A DNA stretch of 64,000 nucleotides from the sequence record SRR31156797_2530. One strand, 5' to 3'. Shown here piece after piece: positions 14,640-27,401 of the stretch. The stretch's first letter is position 1. Every line of letters starts with the position of its first letter. The notes under the pieces were generated by a model. The model was given only the letters and a program-made list of their open reading frames with translations. It was not told where the DNA came from and ran no database searches. Made by a program: the position numbers and the translations under genes.

Positions 14640-16066
14640 ACTTCGAAACAGTCATTGGGCTTGAAGTCCACGTAGAATTAAAAACAGAATCAAAGATTTT
14701 TTCTCCAGCACCTGCTCACTTTGGCGCTGAACCAAATAGCAACACGAATGTGATCGACTGGGGCTATCCAGGTGTTTTACCAGTAATGAACAAAGCGGCT
14801 ATCGAATTTGGGATGAAAGCTGCGCTTGCGTTGAATTGTGAAATCTCAAAAGAAACACATTTCGACCGCAAAAACTATTTCTATCCTGATAATCCAAAAG
14901 CCTATCAAATTTCACAATTCGATCAACCGATAGGTCATGATGGGTGGATTGAAATCGAAGTGGAAGGTAAAAAGAAAAAAATCCGCATTGAGCGAGTTCA
15001 TTTGGAAGAAGATGCCGGGAAAAACATGCACGGCAAAGGCGGTTATTCTTATGTTGATCTAAATCGTCAAGGAACCCCTTTGATCGAGATCGTTTCCGAA
15101 GCAGATATGCGTTCACCAGAAGAAGCATATGCGTATCTAGAAGCATTGCGCTCAATCATCTTGTTTACAGAAGTATCTGATGTGAAGATGGAAGAAGGTT
15201 CCATGCGTTGCGACGCCAATATTTCGTTGCGACCTTACGGCCAAGAACAATTCGGAACAAAAACAGAATTGAAAAACTTAAACTCTATGTCCTTCGTGAA
15301 AAAAGGTTTAGCATTTGAAGAAAAACGCCAAGCCAAAGTATTGCTTTCTGGAGGCGAGATCCAACAAGAAACTCGTCGTTTTGATGAAGCAACCAGCAAA
15401 ACTTTATTGATGCGTGTCAAAGAAGGTTCTTCTGATTATCGTTACTTCCCAGAACCAGATATCCCACGATTTGTGATCGATGATGAATGGATCGAACGGG
15501 TACGTCAAAGCTTGCCAGAAATGCCGCAAAAACGTCGTGCCCGTTACATCTCTGAATTGGGCTTACCAGAATACGATGCAATGGTCTTGACTTTATCAAA
15601 AGAAATGTCCGATTTCTTTGAAAAAACCATTGATGCCGGTGCTGATCCCAAACAAGCTTCTAACTGGTTGATGGGGGAAGTTTCAGCGTATCTGAACAGT
15701 GAAAAATTGGAACTGCCAGAAACAAAATTAACCCCAGACAATTTAGCGGGAATGATTCGTTTGATCGCCGATGGCACCATCAGTTCGAAGATTGCGAAAA
15801 AAGTCTTCAAAGAATTGATCACAAACGGCGGCGACGCTGAAGAAGTCGTAAAAGCCAAAGGATTGATCCAATTATCAGATCCTGCGCAATTACTACCAAT
15901 GATCAATGAAGTATTAGATAACAACCAACAATCCGTCGATGACTTCAAAAACGGAAAAGACCGCGCAGTTGGTTTCTTAGTTGGTCAAATCATGAAAGCA
16001 ACCAAAGGACAAGCGAATCCAGGCGTTGTGAACAAGCTGTTGCAAGAAGAACTAGCAAAGCGATAA
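14636..16066 (+). CDS. gatB: Asp/Glu-tRNA amidotransferase subunit B
   Basis: [26 protein letters not shown]. Confidence 0.97.
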   Translation: MNFETVIGLEVHVELKTESKIFSPAPAHFGAEPNSNTNVIDWGYPGVLPVMNKAAIEFGMKAALALNCEISKETHFDRKNYFYPDNPKAYQISQFDQPIGHDGWIEIEVEGKKKKIRIERVHLEEDAGKNMHGKGGYSYVDLNRQGTPLIEIVSEADMRSPEEAYAYLEALRSIILFTEVSDVKMEEGSMRCDANISLRPYGQEQFGTKTELKNLNSMSFVKKGLAFEEKRQAKVLLSGGEIQQETRRFDEATSKTLLMRVKEGSSDYRYFPEPDIPRFVIDDEWIERVRQSLPEMPQKRRARYISELGLPEYDAMVLTLSKEMSDFFEKTIDAGADPKQASNWLMGEVSAYLNSEKLELPETKLTPDNLAGMIRLIADGTISSKIAKKVFKELITNGGDAEEVVKAKGLIQLSDPAQLLPMINEVLDNNQQSVDDFKNGKDRAVGFLVGQIMKATKGQANPGVVNKLLQEELAKR

Positions 16067-16076
16067 GAGGCAAGCG

Positions 16077-17111
16077 ATGAAAAGAGCAAGAGTAATCTAT
16101 AACCCGACATCTGGGAAAGAATTGATTCGAAAAAATTTAGCAGATATTTTAGATGTTTTGGAAAGAGGCGGTTATGAGGCGAGTGCGTTTGCCACGACCG
16201 CTGCACCATTTTCCGCCCGTGATGAAGCAAGAAGAGCTGGCGAAGCTGGTTTTGATTTGGTGGTAGCTGCCGGTGGTGATGGCACGATCAATGAAGTCGT
16301 CAATGGGATCGCTCCTTTAGAAAAGCGACCAAAAATGGCGATCATTCCTGGAGGAACCACCAATGACTACGCACGTGCACTAAAGATTCCTCGGACCGAT
16401 ATCAAAGCAGCTGCGGAAGTGATTTTGAAGCAGCAAACGGTGAAGATGGATGTTGGAAAAACACCTAACACGTATTTTATCAACATCGCTGCTGGCGGAC
16501 ACTTAACAGAACTGACCTATGATGTTCCTTCTGAGTTGAAAAGTGTTTTTGGCTACTTAGCTTATCTAGCAAAAGGAGCGGAATTACTCCCTCGTGTCAA
16601 ACCGATCAAAATGCATCTAAAGTATGAAGACGGAGAATACATTGGCGGAGCGTCGATGTTCTTTTTAGGGCTGACGAATTCAGTGGGAGGCTTTGAACAG
16701 ATTGCGCCTGATGCAAAGCTTGACGATGGGAAATTTTCGTTGATCATTGTCAAAACGGCCAATATTTTTGAGATTGTCCACTTAGTTGCTTTAATGATGA
16801 ATGGTGGCAAGCACATCAACGATCGTCGTCTGATTTATACGAAAACATCTTTTCTTGAAGTAGACGCGCCAGAGCAGGTCAATCGATTAATGATCAACCT
16901 TGATGGTGAATACGGCGGAGATGCTCCTATGCGCTTTGAAAATCTACACAATCATATTGAGTTTTTTGCGAATGTCGATCAAATTCCTGATGATGCGGTC
17001 GTTGGTGAGCAGAACTATCAAGAGATGAGCGAAGGTTTTATTAAAGAAGTCGAACGTCTTTCCGATGAGGACATCAATGGAGATGGCAAGATCGGCGACG
17101 AAACAAGGTAA
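16077..17111 (+). CDS. dgkB: Diacylglycerol kinase (DgkB/YegS family)
   Basis: NPTSG, GGDGTINE, GTTND, NLDGE; usual position after gatB. Confidence 0.88.
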   Translation: MKRARVIYNPTSGKELIRKNLADILDVLERGGYEASAFATTAAPFSARDEARRAGEAGFDLVVAAGGDGTINEVVNGIAPLEKRPKMAIIPGGTTNDYARALKIPRTDIKAAAEVILKQQTVKMDVGKTPNTYFINIAAGGHLTELTYDVPSELKSVFGYLAYLAKGAELLPRVKPIKMHLKYEDGEYIGGASMFFLGLTNSVGGFEQIAPDAKLDDGKFSLIIVKTANIFEIVHLVALMMNGGKHINDRRLIYTKTSFLEVDAPEQVNRLMINLDGEYGGDAPMRFENLHNHIEFFANVDQIPDDAVVGEQNYQEMSEGFIKEVERLSDEDINGDGKIGDETR

Positions 17112-17136
17112 ACGATTTTTCTTTTCATGCAAAGTG

Positions 17137-17170
17137 AAAGAACAGGGACTTTTGGACCTGTTCTTTTTTT
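17137..17170 (+). terminator. Terminator of gatCAB-dgkB
   Basis: AAAGAACAGG / CCTGTTCTTT followed by a T run. Confidence 0.75.
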
Positions 17171-17316
17171 AAAAAATAAATTGTGGAAAAAGTAACAGGA
17201 ATATTTTTAAGAAAAGTTGATAGAACAGCTTTTCTTAAATTTTAGTAAAGGACGTTTTTTGCGTTATGTTCCACATCGGACGTTTGTTTCACGGATATTA
17301 GCGTGATTCATGAAGA

Positions 17317-17454
17317 TAAAACGAATGAAAAATTGGAAAAACGAACGATCTTCGCTAAAAAACGAACTTTTTGAAAATATACTCGTTAAAGTTCGTTATT
17401 TACGTATTTCTATGCAATCTAATGATGCAAAAGCCAGAGAGAATATGCTATAAT
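17317..17454 (+). promoter_or_regulatory. PurBox-like repeat array and extended -10 promoter of ylaN-ftsW-pyc
   Basis: AAAACGAAY three times (CGAA at 17322, 17342, 17363) plus inverted GTTCGTT at 17391; TGCTATAAT at 17446-17454. Confidence 0.55.
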
Positions 17455-17482
17455 GGTGAAACGAAGAAATGGGGGGACCGGA

Positions 17483-17782
17483 ATGGAGCACATCGATTCT
17501 ACAAAAGCGCTAGATCTGCTTAGAGATGACGCAGAACGAATCAAAAAGCTGATCCGAAACCAAGAAAATAGTTTATGTATCGCACAATGCAAAGCATTTG
17601 AAGAAGTGGTTGATACCCAAATGTATGGTCTATCACGGCAAGTGGCATTTGCGATCCGCTTGGGGATCGTCGATAATCAAACAGGACAACAATTGATGGC
17701 GGATCTCGAAAAAGATCTGAACCAATTGTACAGCGAGGTCTATGAAGACCAGCGGACACCTGAAATCGGCAAGGAGGCATAA
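17483..17782 (+). CDS. ylaN: YlaN family protein
   Basis: QCKAFEEVVDTQMYGLSRQV motif; upstream of ftsW-pyc. Confidence 0.88.
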   Translation: MEHIDSTKALDLLRDDAERIKKLIRNQENSLCIAQCKAFEEVVDTQMYGLSRQVAFAIRLGIVDNQTGQQLMADLEKDLNQLYSEVYEDQRTPEIGKEA

Positions 17783-17784
17783 AC

Positions 17785-18948
17785 TTGCCAGAAAAAGTAA
17801 AGAAAAGACATTTATTAGATTATAGTATTTTACTGCCTTATATAGTGATGTGTGTTACGGGTTTGATGATGGTCTACAGCTCCACATCCTATGTTGCGAT
17901 GACCGCCACACAACCGACCACAGCTGCTTCTTACGTCATCAATCAAGCAATATTCTGGTTGTTGAGTCTAGTAGCAATCACTGTCATGTATAAAATGAAA
18001 ACGGATGTTTTTCGGAACAAAAAATTTGTCCAGATCGCCATGATCGTCATTTTGTTTTTATTGATCGCTGCCTTCTTTTTCCCAAGAAGAAACGGGGCAC
18101 ATGGTTGGTTAACGATTGCGGGCTTTTCCATTCAACCAGCTGAGTACTTGAAATTTATTGTCATCTGGTTTTTATCTGTGACTCTTTCCTATCGTCAAAA
18201 AGGTATCCAACAAGAGTTTTGGAAAACGGTTTGGCGTCCAATCGGAATCGTCTTCGTCTACACCGGGATCATGGCCTTTTATCCCGACTTCGGGAATGCT
18301 GTGATCGTCATGCTACTGGCTTTTGTCGTTTTATTATCTAGTGGTCTGAATTACCTGTATACCCTGATATTAGGTGTGGCAGGAATCGTAGGCAGTACAT
18401 TGATCGTCTTCTTGGTAAATTTAACTGGTGGAAAGCTTTTACCTGATTATGTCTATAGTCGCTTCTCATCATTTTTAAACCCATTTGCGGATGAATACAA
18501 TACAGGTCATCAAATGGTTAATGGGTATTACGCAATGTTCAACGGTGGGCTTTTCGGACGCGGACTTGGAAATAGTATCCAAAAACGTGGCTTCTTAAAC
18601 GAAGCGCACACCGATTATATATTTTCGATCGTTATGGAAGAATTAGGCTTGATCCCATCGATCATTATCTTAGGTGTTTTGTTCTATATGGTGGGACGGA
18701 TCTTTCTTGTCGGTATCCGTTCAAGAGATCCCTTTAATTCCATGATGTGTATCGGCATAGGGACATTATTTATGTCTCAGATTTTCATCAACTTAGGGGG
18801 GATCACTGGTTTGATCCCATTGACGGGAATCACTTTTCCGTTTTTAAGTCAGGGTGGGTCAAGTTTGCTGATGCTGTCGATTTGTATTGGTTTTGTATTA
18901 AATATCAGTGCCGAAGAAAAGAGGAAACAATATTATTTGAATTATTGA
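17785..18948 (+). CDS. ftsW: SEDS-family peptidoglycan polymerase FtsW/RodA
   Basis: SIQPAEYLK, EAHTDYIFS, PLTGITFPFLSQGGSS; TTG start with AAGGAGG. Confidence 0.88.
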   Translation: MPEKVKKRHLLDYSILLPYIVMCVTGLMMVYSSTSYVAMTATQPTTAASYVINQAIFWLLSLVAITVMYKMKTDVFRNKKFVQIAMIVILFLLIAAFFFPRRNGAHGWLTIAGFSIQPAEYLKFIVIWFLSVTLSYRQKGIQQEFWKTVWRPIGIVFVYTGIMAFYPDFGNAVIVMLLAFVVLLSSGLNYLYTLILGVAGIVGSTLIVFLVNLTGGKLLPDYVYSRFSSFLNPFADEYNTGHQMVNGYYAMFNGGLFGRGLGNSIQKRGFLNEAHTDYIFSIVMEELGLIPSIIILGVLFYMVGRIFLVGIRSRDPFNSMMCIGIGTLFMSQIFINLGGITGLIPLTGITFPFLSQGGSSLLMLSICIGFVLNISAEEKRKQYYLNY

Positions 18949-18970
18949 TCAATTGAATGGAGTGGATTAG

Positions 18971-21900
18971 ATGAAGAAAATTCTTGTTGCCAATCGTGGA
19001 GAAATCGCGATCCGTGTCTTCCGCGCATGTGCGGAGTTAGGAATCAAAACAGTCGGTATTTATGCTGCAGAGGATGAATACTCTGTCCATCGCTTTAAAG
19101 CAGACGAAGCGTATTTAGTGGGGAAAGGCAAACGACCGATCGATGCGTATTTAGACATTGAAGATATTATTCGCACAGCGAAAAAAGCCGGGGCCGAAGG
19201 GATTCATCCAGGGTACGGCTTTTTATCAGAAAACCTGGGCTTTGCTCAGCGCTGTGAAGAAGAAGGTTTGATTTTCATCGGACCATCCACTCACCACTTA
19301 GATATTTTTGGCGACAAGATCAAAGCAAAAGCAGCAGCGATCGAGGCGGGGATTCAATCCATTCCCGGATCTGACGGTCCAGTGGCATCGATTGACGACG
19401 TTTTAGCATTCGCTGACGAACATGACTATCCAATCATGATCAAAGCAGCTCTTGGCGGCGGTGGTCGAGGCATGCGTGTCGCTCATGATGAAAAAGAAGC
19501 ACGTGATGGCTACGAACGTGCCAAAAGTGAAGCGAAAGCGGCATTTGGTAGTGACGAAGTTTACGTTGAAAAATATATTAGTAATCCAAAACATATTGAA
19601 GTCCAAATTCTAGGGGATACGCACGGAAATGTCGTCCATCTATTTGAACGTGACTGCTCTGTTCAGCGCCGTCACCAAAAAGTAGTCGAAGTGGCACCTT
19701 GTGTGTCAATGACGACTGAACAACGGGAAAAAATTTGTCAAGCTGCCGTTCAATTGATGAAGCATGTTGGCTATATCAATGCCGGAACAGTGGAATTTTT
19801 AGTTGAAGGCGATAAATTTTACTTCATCGAAGTAAACCCTCGGGTCCAAGTGGAACATACAATCACTGAAATGATCACCAATTTAGATATCGTGACGACA
19901 CAAATACTAATTGCACAAGGCAAGGATCTGCATAAAGAAATTGGGATTCCTGAACAAAAAGATATTCGCTTCGAAGGGGTTGCGATTCAATGTCGCGTGA
20001 CAACGGAAGATCCAGCGAATAATTTTATGCCAGATACTGGTAAGATTGATACCTACCGTTCTCCAGGTGGATTTGGGGTTCGTTTGGATGTCGGAAATGC
20101 TTACGCAGGTGCGGTGGTAACCCCGTATTTTGACTCACTGCTTGTAAAAGTCTGTACACATGCGGCAACCTTTGATCAAGCGATTCAGAAAATGATGCGC
20201 TGTTTGAAAGAATTTCGTGTACGTGGGGTAAAAACAAACATTCTCTTCATGCGAAATGTCGTTTCTCATCCAGCCTTTCGTTCGGGTGAAGCCAAAACCA
20301 CCTTTATCGACAATACGCCGGAACTATTCAATTTCCCTCGGATTCGTGATCGTGGAAACAAAACCATGAAGTATATCGGGGAAATTACCATCAATGGATT
20401 TCCGGGGATCGAAAAACAAAAGAAACCATTTTATAATGAGCCACGGATGCCACAACACATCCAAGCAACGCCTGATTTTGTCAGCGCCAAAAATATTTTA
20501 GATACGAAAGGTGCCGAGGGTGTCGTTGAATGGATCGGTCAACAAAACAATGTCTTACTGACGGATACAACCTTCCGAGATGCCCATCAAAGTTTGTTGG
20601 CAACTCGTGTAAGAACCCATGACTTTAAGAAAATTGCCGCGATGACGGAAGCTGGCCTGCCACAATTGTTCTCAAGTGAAATGTGGGGTGGAGCAACGTT
20701 CGACGTTGCCTACCGTTTCTTAACAGAAGATCCATGGGAAAGATTGCGGATGTTCCGGAAAAAAATGCCGAATACCTTGTTGCAAATGTTGTTTAGAGGC
20801 TCCAATGCTGTGGGATATTCCAATTATCCAGACAATGTATTGGAAGAATTCATCAAAGAATCTGCAGCGCAAGGAATTGATGTGTTCCGAATCTTTGATA
20901 GTTTAAACTGGGTTCCACAAATGGAGAAAAGTATTCAAGCCGTTCGCGATACAGGAAAAATTGCAGAAGCAACGATTTGTTATACCGGGGATATCAATGA
21001 TCCGACCCGTCAAAAATATTCAGTACAATACTACAAAGATATGGCGAAAGAATTGCAAAACCTTGGTGCCCATATCATTGCTATCAAGGATATGGCTGGA
21101 TTATTAAAACCGCAAGCGGCTTATCGTTTGATCAGTGAGCTAAAGGATACGATCGATGTGCCGATTCATCTGCATACCCATGATACGAGTGGAAATGGGA
21201 TCATTACTTACTCAGCAGCTACTAAAGCCGGTGTTGACATCGTGGATGTCGCTATGTCAGCGGTCAGTGGCGCAACGAGTCAACCAAGTATGAGTAGTTT
21301 GTATTATGCACTATTGAACGGCGAACGCTGCCCAGAAATCAATGTAGACAATATCCAACAGTTGAACCACTACTGGGAAGATGTCCGCATGTACTACCAT
21401 TCCTTTGAAAATGGCTTGAACGCACCTCAAACGGAAGTGTACAAGCATGAAATGCCGGGGGGACAATATACCAATCTCCAGCAGCAAGCCAAAGCCGTTG
21501 GTTTAGGCGAAAAATGGGATGAAATCAAAGAAATGTATCATGAAGTCAATATGATGTTTGGAGACATCGTGAAAGTGACGCCTTCTTCGAAAGTCGTTGG
21601 GGACATGGCACTCTTTATGGTTCAAAATGGCTTGTCTGAGAAAGATGTTTTTGAAAAAGGCGATACATTAAGCTTCCCTGAGTCAGTAATCACATTCTTC
21701 CAAGGTGAGTTAGGTCAGCCAGTTGGTGGCTTCCCGAAAGAATTACAGCGCATTATCTTGAAAGGACGCCCAGCCTTTACCGAACGTCCTGGAACATTCG
21801 CGAAGCCAGTTGATTTTGCTGATGTGAAGCAAGAACTAGCGGAGAAAATCGGCTATGAACCAAAACATGAAGAAGTCTTGAGCTACTTGATGTATCCGCA

Positions 21901-22399
21901 AGTCTTCCTTGATTATCGAAAAGCTTATGAACAGTTTGCAGATGTGAAAGTTCTTGATACTCCAACTTTCTTTAACGGCATGCGCTTAGGTGAAACGATC
22001 AATGTTGAATTAGAAAAAGGCAAAATCTTGATCATTCGTCTAGATGAGATCGGTGAGCCAGATATTGAAGGCAACCGAACACTCTTCTTTAACTTGAACG
22101 GACAACGCCGAGAAATCGTCGTTAAGGACAACTCAATCATCAGCTCTGTTCAAACGAAACGTAAAGCAGAGCCAACGAACAAAGAACAGATCGGTGCTTC
22201 GATGAGTGGCTCAGTTTTAGAAGTATTAGTCAAAAAAGGCGACCGGGTGGCACGTGGACAAACCTTGATGGTCACGGAAGCGATGAAAATGGAAACTTCG
22301 GTTGAAGCCCGCTTCTCAGGCGTAGTTGAACATGTGTATGTAACCGATGGGGAACCAATTCAGTCAGGAGATCTTTTGATTGAAGTCAAAGAGAAGTAA
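18971..22399 (+). CDS. pyc: Pyruvate carboxylase
   Basis: ANRGEIA biotin carboxylase, RDAHQS, HLHTHDT, EAMKM biotin site. Confidence 0.97.
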   Translation: MKKILVANRGEIAIRVFRACAELGIKTVGIYAAEDEYSVHRFKADEAYLVGKGKRPIDAYLDIEDIIRTAKKAGAEGIHPGYGFLSENLGFAQRCEEEGLIFIGPSTHHLDIFGDKIKAKAAAIEAGIQSIPGSDGPVASIDDVLAFADEHDYPIMIKAALGGGGRGMRVAHDEKEARDGYERAKSEAKAAFGSDEVYVEKYISNPKHIEVQILGDTHGNVVHLFERDCSVQRRHQKVVEVAPCVSMTTEQREKICQAAVQLMKHVGYINAGTVEFLVEGDKFYFIEVNPRVQVEHTITEMITNLDIVTTQILIAQGKDLHKEIGIPEQKDIRFEGVAIQCRVTTEDPANNFMPDTGKIDTYRSPGGFGVRLDVGNAYAGAVVTPYFDSLLVKVCTHAATFDQAIQKMMRCLKEFRVRGVKTNILFMRNVVSHPAFRSGEAKTTFIDNTPELFNFPRIRDRGNKTMKYIGEITINGFPGIEKQKKPFYNEPRMPQHIQATPDFVSAKNILDTKGAEGVVEWIGQQNNVLLTDTTFRDAHQSLLATRVRTHDFKKIAAMTEAGLPQLFSSEMWGGATFDVAYRFLTEDPWERLRMFRKKMPNTLLQMLFRGSNAVGYSNYPDNVLEEFIKESAAQGIDVFRIFDSLNWVPQMEKSIQAVRDTGKIAEATICYTGDINDPTRQKYSVQYYKDMAKELQNLGAHIIAIKDMAGLLKPQAAYRLISELKDTIDVPIHLHTHDTSGNGIITYSAATKAGVDIVDVAMSAVSGATSQPSMSSLYYALLNGERCPEINVDNIQQLNHYWEDVRMYYHSFENGLNAPQTEVYKHEMPGGQYTNLQQQAKAVGLGEKWDEIKEMYHEVNMMFGDIVKVTPSSKVVGDMALFMVQNGLSEKDVFEKGDTLSFPESVITFFQGELGQPVGGFPKELQRIILKGRPAFTERPGTFAKPVDFADVKQELAEKIGYEPKHEEVLSYLMYPQVFLDYRKAYEQFADVKVLDTPTFFNGMRLGETINVELEKGKILIIRLDEIGEPDIEGNRTLFFNLNGQRREIVVKDNSIISSVQTKRKAEPTNKEQIGASMSGSVLEVLVKKGDRVARGQTLMVTEAMKMETSVEARFSGVVEHVYVTDGEPIQSGDLLIEVKEK

Positions 22400-22414
22400 G
22401 GAGTCGATCCACAG

Positions 22415-23545
22415 ATGAAGCGAAGAGGATTATTGTTTTGCGGCTTATTTGTCCTAGCCCTAATAATCGTGTATTTGCAGCCAGTTTTCATGCAAAACGC
22501 TTCAGATTCAAGAGTGACGATCGAAAACCCAATCAAAGCACCAACAAACATGAATTACGAACCAATCGCAGCTCAAGGATTAGCTGAATTGATCGGGGAA
22601 CCTGTTTCGGATTTCGAAGAAGTCTATGGTCTTCCAGTTCAAACATATCGATCAGGTTACGAGTTTGAAATTCGGGTCTACAATCAATTAGACGACCAAC
22701 AGTATGTTGAGATCAATACCGATGGTGAAAGTGTGCAAGCAATCAAAGTAATCGGCGCCGGGGGCTCTTCCCTGGCACCTTTTACGATGGGCATGACCTT
22801 GACTGACTTGACGGAGTTGACCATGATCTATCCTAACTTTACCTTGACACAAAATGATCGTGCGATCAGTTTCGAATTGATGGAAGAAGATATGAACTAC
22901 CGTCCATTAGTGGCTTTTGACAACGGGACATTTGCTGTTTTGTTCTTTGATCAGGAGACTGCCCAACTGCAAGCCGTCACTTACTTGGATCAGACCACAT
23001 TACTTAAACTGGCACCTTATCCCTTGACGGAAGGGCAGCGACCGCTGTTTCAAGTTTCGCAAACAATTGACCAAGCCCAAGCCAACCTTGAAAAAGAGAC
23101 CCTGGCGTTTGTTATCATCGATAAAATTCGCCAGCAAATCGGCTTAGACAGCTTCTCACAGGATACTCAAACACATCAAGAGGCAGCTGGTCTTTTATCT
23201 GATTTGATCAATAATCTATCAGATCATTTGACTTCTCAACGAATCCATTCTTATCAGCGAGCACTTTCTTCGGAAAAGACAAGTAATTTTGTCTTATCGA
23301 ATGACGAATGGCGAGAGTTGTTAGCGGAAAAGGAATTGGAAGCATCTGCTTCGATCTTTGAAGCGCCTGTTTATGATCCAACTTTTACGATTTTATCTTG
23401 GTTCAGTAATCCAAGATTTACTGAGCGCCTGACCCATGAACAATCAGAAAAGATAGGAATTGCTTTTTCTGAAGCAAATATGGTAGTCTTAGTGCAAGAA
23501 GATGTGGAAGGGACCGAGGATAGTACGTCAGATGATTTACGATGA
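22415..23545 (+). CDS. CAP-associated domain exported protein (YlbC-like)
   Basis: N-terminal hydrophobic anchor; position between pyc and ylbF. Confidence 0.65.
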   Translation: MKRRGLLFCGLFVLALIIVYLQPVFMQNASDSRVTIENPIKAPTNMNYEPIAAQGLAELIGEPVSDFEEVYGLPVQTYRSGYEFEIRVYNQLDDQQYVEINTDGESVQAIKVIGAGGSSLAPFTMGMTLTDLTELTMIYPNFTLTQNDRAISFELMEEDMNYRPLVAFDNGTFAVLFFDQETAQLQAVTYLDQTTLLKLAPYPLTEGQRPLFQVSQTIDQAQANLEKETLAFVIIDKIRQQIGLDSFSQDTQTHQEAAGLLSDLINNLSDHLTSQRIHSYQRALSSEKTSNFVLSNDEWRELLAEKELEASASIFEAPVYDPTFTILSWFSNPRFTERLTHEQSEKIGIAFSEANMVVLVQEDVEGTEDSTSDDLR

Positions 23546-23960
23546 AGCCTTTTTTGAGATTGAAGATCAAATCGAAGCACTTGTGAAGGCAATCAAAGCA
23601 AGTGAAACGTGTAAAACCTATCAAAAAGCGAAACAGGTCATGCATCAAGACCCTGATGTTCAGACATTGATGCAATCGTTTTTAGAAAAAAAACTAGATT
23701 TTGAAAGAATTGAAGCTTACGGTGAGTATGCGCCTGATTTCAAAGAAAAAAAACGGGCGTTGCGCACAGCCAAGCGGCAGTTGGATCTTAATGAACAAGT
23801 AAGTGAGTATCGCTGGAGTGAAACACAACTGCAGCGTTTGCTGGATGAACTGACTGTGGCGATCTCTACTTGTTTTTCTCCCTCTGTCAAAGTGGACGCT
23901 GGGAGTCCCTTTTTTCAATCAAAATCAAGTTGTGGAGGAAATTGTCATGCACGAGGATAA
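23532..23960 (+). CDS. ylbF: YlbF/RicF family regulator
   Basis: YGEYAPD, C-terminal SPFF...CGGNC. Confidence 0.85.
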   Translation: MIYDEAFFEIEDQIEALVKAIKASETCKTYQKAKQVMHQDPDVQTLMQSFLEKKLDFERIEAYGEYAPDFKEKKRALRTAKRQLDLNEQVSEYRWSETQLQRLLDELTVAISTCFSPSVKVDAGSPFFQSKSSCGGNCHARG

Positions 23961-24291
23961 AGAGCCTTTTACGATGCAAAAGCGTCGAGGATTGATCGTA
24001 TGGGTTTACAGCCTACGTCAACTAAAGAATTTGCGCCGTTTTGGTTTTGTTCATTATGTGTCACGCAAGATGAAATACGTGGTCATTTATTTGAACGAAG
24101 AAGAATACGAAAGCAAAAAAACAAAAATCGAGCAGTTTCACTTTGTTCGACAAGTTGAAGCTTCCTATCGACCAGATGTCGAAATGGATTTTGCTGAAAA
24201 AATTGGTACGTCAGCAGCCTATCCAGTGAAAGACGAAGGGTTTGATATCGAAGAAAAAAATACGATGATTCGATTGGCAGAAAACGTGTAA
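23947..24291 (+). CDS. ylbG: YlbG family protein
   Basis: RRGLIVWVYSLRQLKNLRRFG.VHYVSRKMKY; GGAGG RBS. Confidence 0.88.
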   Translation: MHEDKEPFTMQKRRGLIVWVYSLRQLKNLRRFGFVHYVSRKMKYVVIYLNEEEYESKKTKIEQFHFVRQVEASYRPDVEMDFAEKIGTSAAYPVKDEGFDIEEKNTMIRLAENV

Positions 24292-24292
24292 T

Positions 24293-24330
24293 AAAAAAGT
24301 GGGGGTGCCTTGAGTCACCGCCATTTTTTT
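24293..24330 (+). terminator. Terminator after ylbG
   Basis: GTGGGGGTG / CACCGCCAT stem followed by a T run. Confidence 0.7.
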
Positions 24331-24391
24331 ATTGCTATTTATAGAAACAGTGCTATATTTGTATTTACGAAGATCTTGGAGGGAAAAACGT

Positions 24392-26482
<2,091 letters not shown>

Positions 26483-26484
<2 letters not shown>

Positions 26485-26506
26485 AACGGCGCTCGCCGTT
26501 TTTTTT
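26483..26506 (+). terminator. Terminator after ylbL
   Basis: AAAACGGC / GCCGTTTT followed by a T run. Confidence 0.7.
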
Positions 26507-26576
26507 ATTGTCTAAAGAATACAGTAGGCTCAAAGAAAAGGTTATGCTATACTTTTAGATAAGGAGTGTGAATCTA

Positions 26577-26990
26577 GTGGAATTAAAAAGACAACAACCG
26601 ATCGTTGAAGCATATCATTTCGATATGAAACCGAAAGACAAAGAAATGGAAACTAAATTGAATGTAGGCTTTGCGCCGTTAAAAGTCAAAGATGAAGAAT
26701 ATATGGAAAAAAACAGTATTATTGGCGCCCGGCTAGAATTTCAATTAGTGTTCCCTGATTATGTTTTGTCAGGACGTGTCGGACAGGTCAATCATATTTT
26801 GAATCGTAAAGTCAATTCTGGAGAAGATCTAACAAAAGCTGAAACTGATCGTTTGGTTGAGCCATTATTTGATATCGTCAAACGCCTGACGTATGAGGTG
26901 ACAGAAATCGTGACCGACAAACCAGGACTCCAACTGAACTTCAATACCAACTCGAACCCCACACAAGAATCGACCGAAGAAGAAAAATAA
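26577..26990 (+). CDS. DUF1149-like protein
   Basis: VEAYHFD and RLTYEVTEI..D.PG motifs; AAGGAG RBS with GTG start. Confidence 0.7.
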   Translation: MELKRQQPIVEAYHFDMKPKDKEMETKLNVGFAPLKVKDEEYMEKNSIIGARLEFQLVFPDYVLSGRVGQVNHILNRKVNSGEDLTKAETDRLVEPLFDIVKRLTYEVTEIVTDKPGLQLNFNTNSNPTQESTEEEK

Positions 26991-27012
26991 GTTGAAATAG
27001 GAGGGATTTCCA

Positions 27013-27384
27013 TTGTTTTCCAACCAAATGCAAGTGATGCTCTACGTTGATGATGTGACGAAAGCTGTCGAATTTTGGCAAGAATTAGGCTTTGTGATCA
27101 TTGAACAGCAAACGATCGATGGAACATCCGTCGTCGAAATCGCTCCTTCAAAAGAGGCAGAGGTTCATTTTGTCTTATATGACCGTGAGTTCATCGAAAC
27201 GCACTCACCTGAAGTCGCATTGAATTCTCCATCGATCATGTTTTTTGCTGAGGATATTACAGCTCTCTATAAAAAACTTTTAGAGATGGAAGCAGAAGTG
27301 GGTGAATTGATTCAGATGGAAGAACAACTGGTTTTCAATTTTGCCGATCCAGATGGCAATTATTTTGCTGTATCAGGAAAATAG
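27013..27384 (+). CDS. VOC/glyoxalase family protein
   Basis: MLYVDDVTKAVEFW, FNFADPDGNYF; GGAGG RBS with TTG start. Confidence 0.85.
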   Translation: MFSNQMQVMLYVDDVTKAVEFWQELGFVIIEQQTIDGTSVVEIAPSKEAEVHFVLYDREFIETHSPEVALNSPSIMFFAEDITALYKKLLEMEAEVGELIQMEEQLVFNFADPDGNYFAVSGK

Positions 27385-27401
27385 GTTTTGCCGATCGTAA
27401 C

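Noticed and set aside
17182-17275. DnaA-box-like 9-mers (TGTGGAAAA, TGTTCCACA)
   Set aside because: Only two imperfect, widely spaced copies; not a cluster
17112-17316. rlmD absent after dgkB, suggesting a rearrangement or ICE scar
   Set aside because: No att-like repeat or mobile remnant visible; cannot be judged without comparative genomes
17317-17400. Repeat array as a mini-CRISPR
   Set aside because: Repeats are about 9 bp at a 20-bp period, far too short, and there are no cas genes
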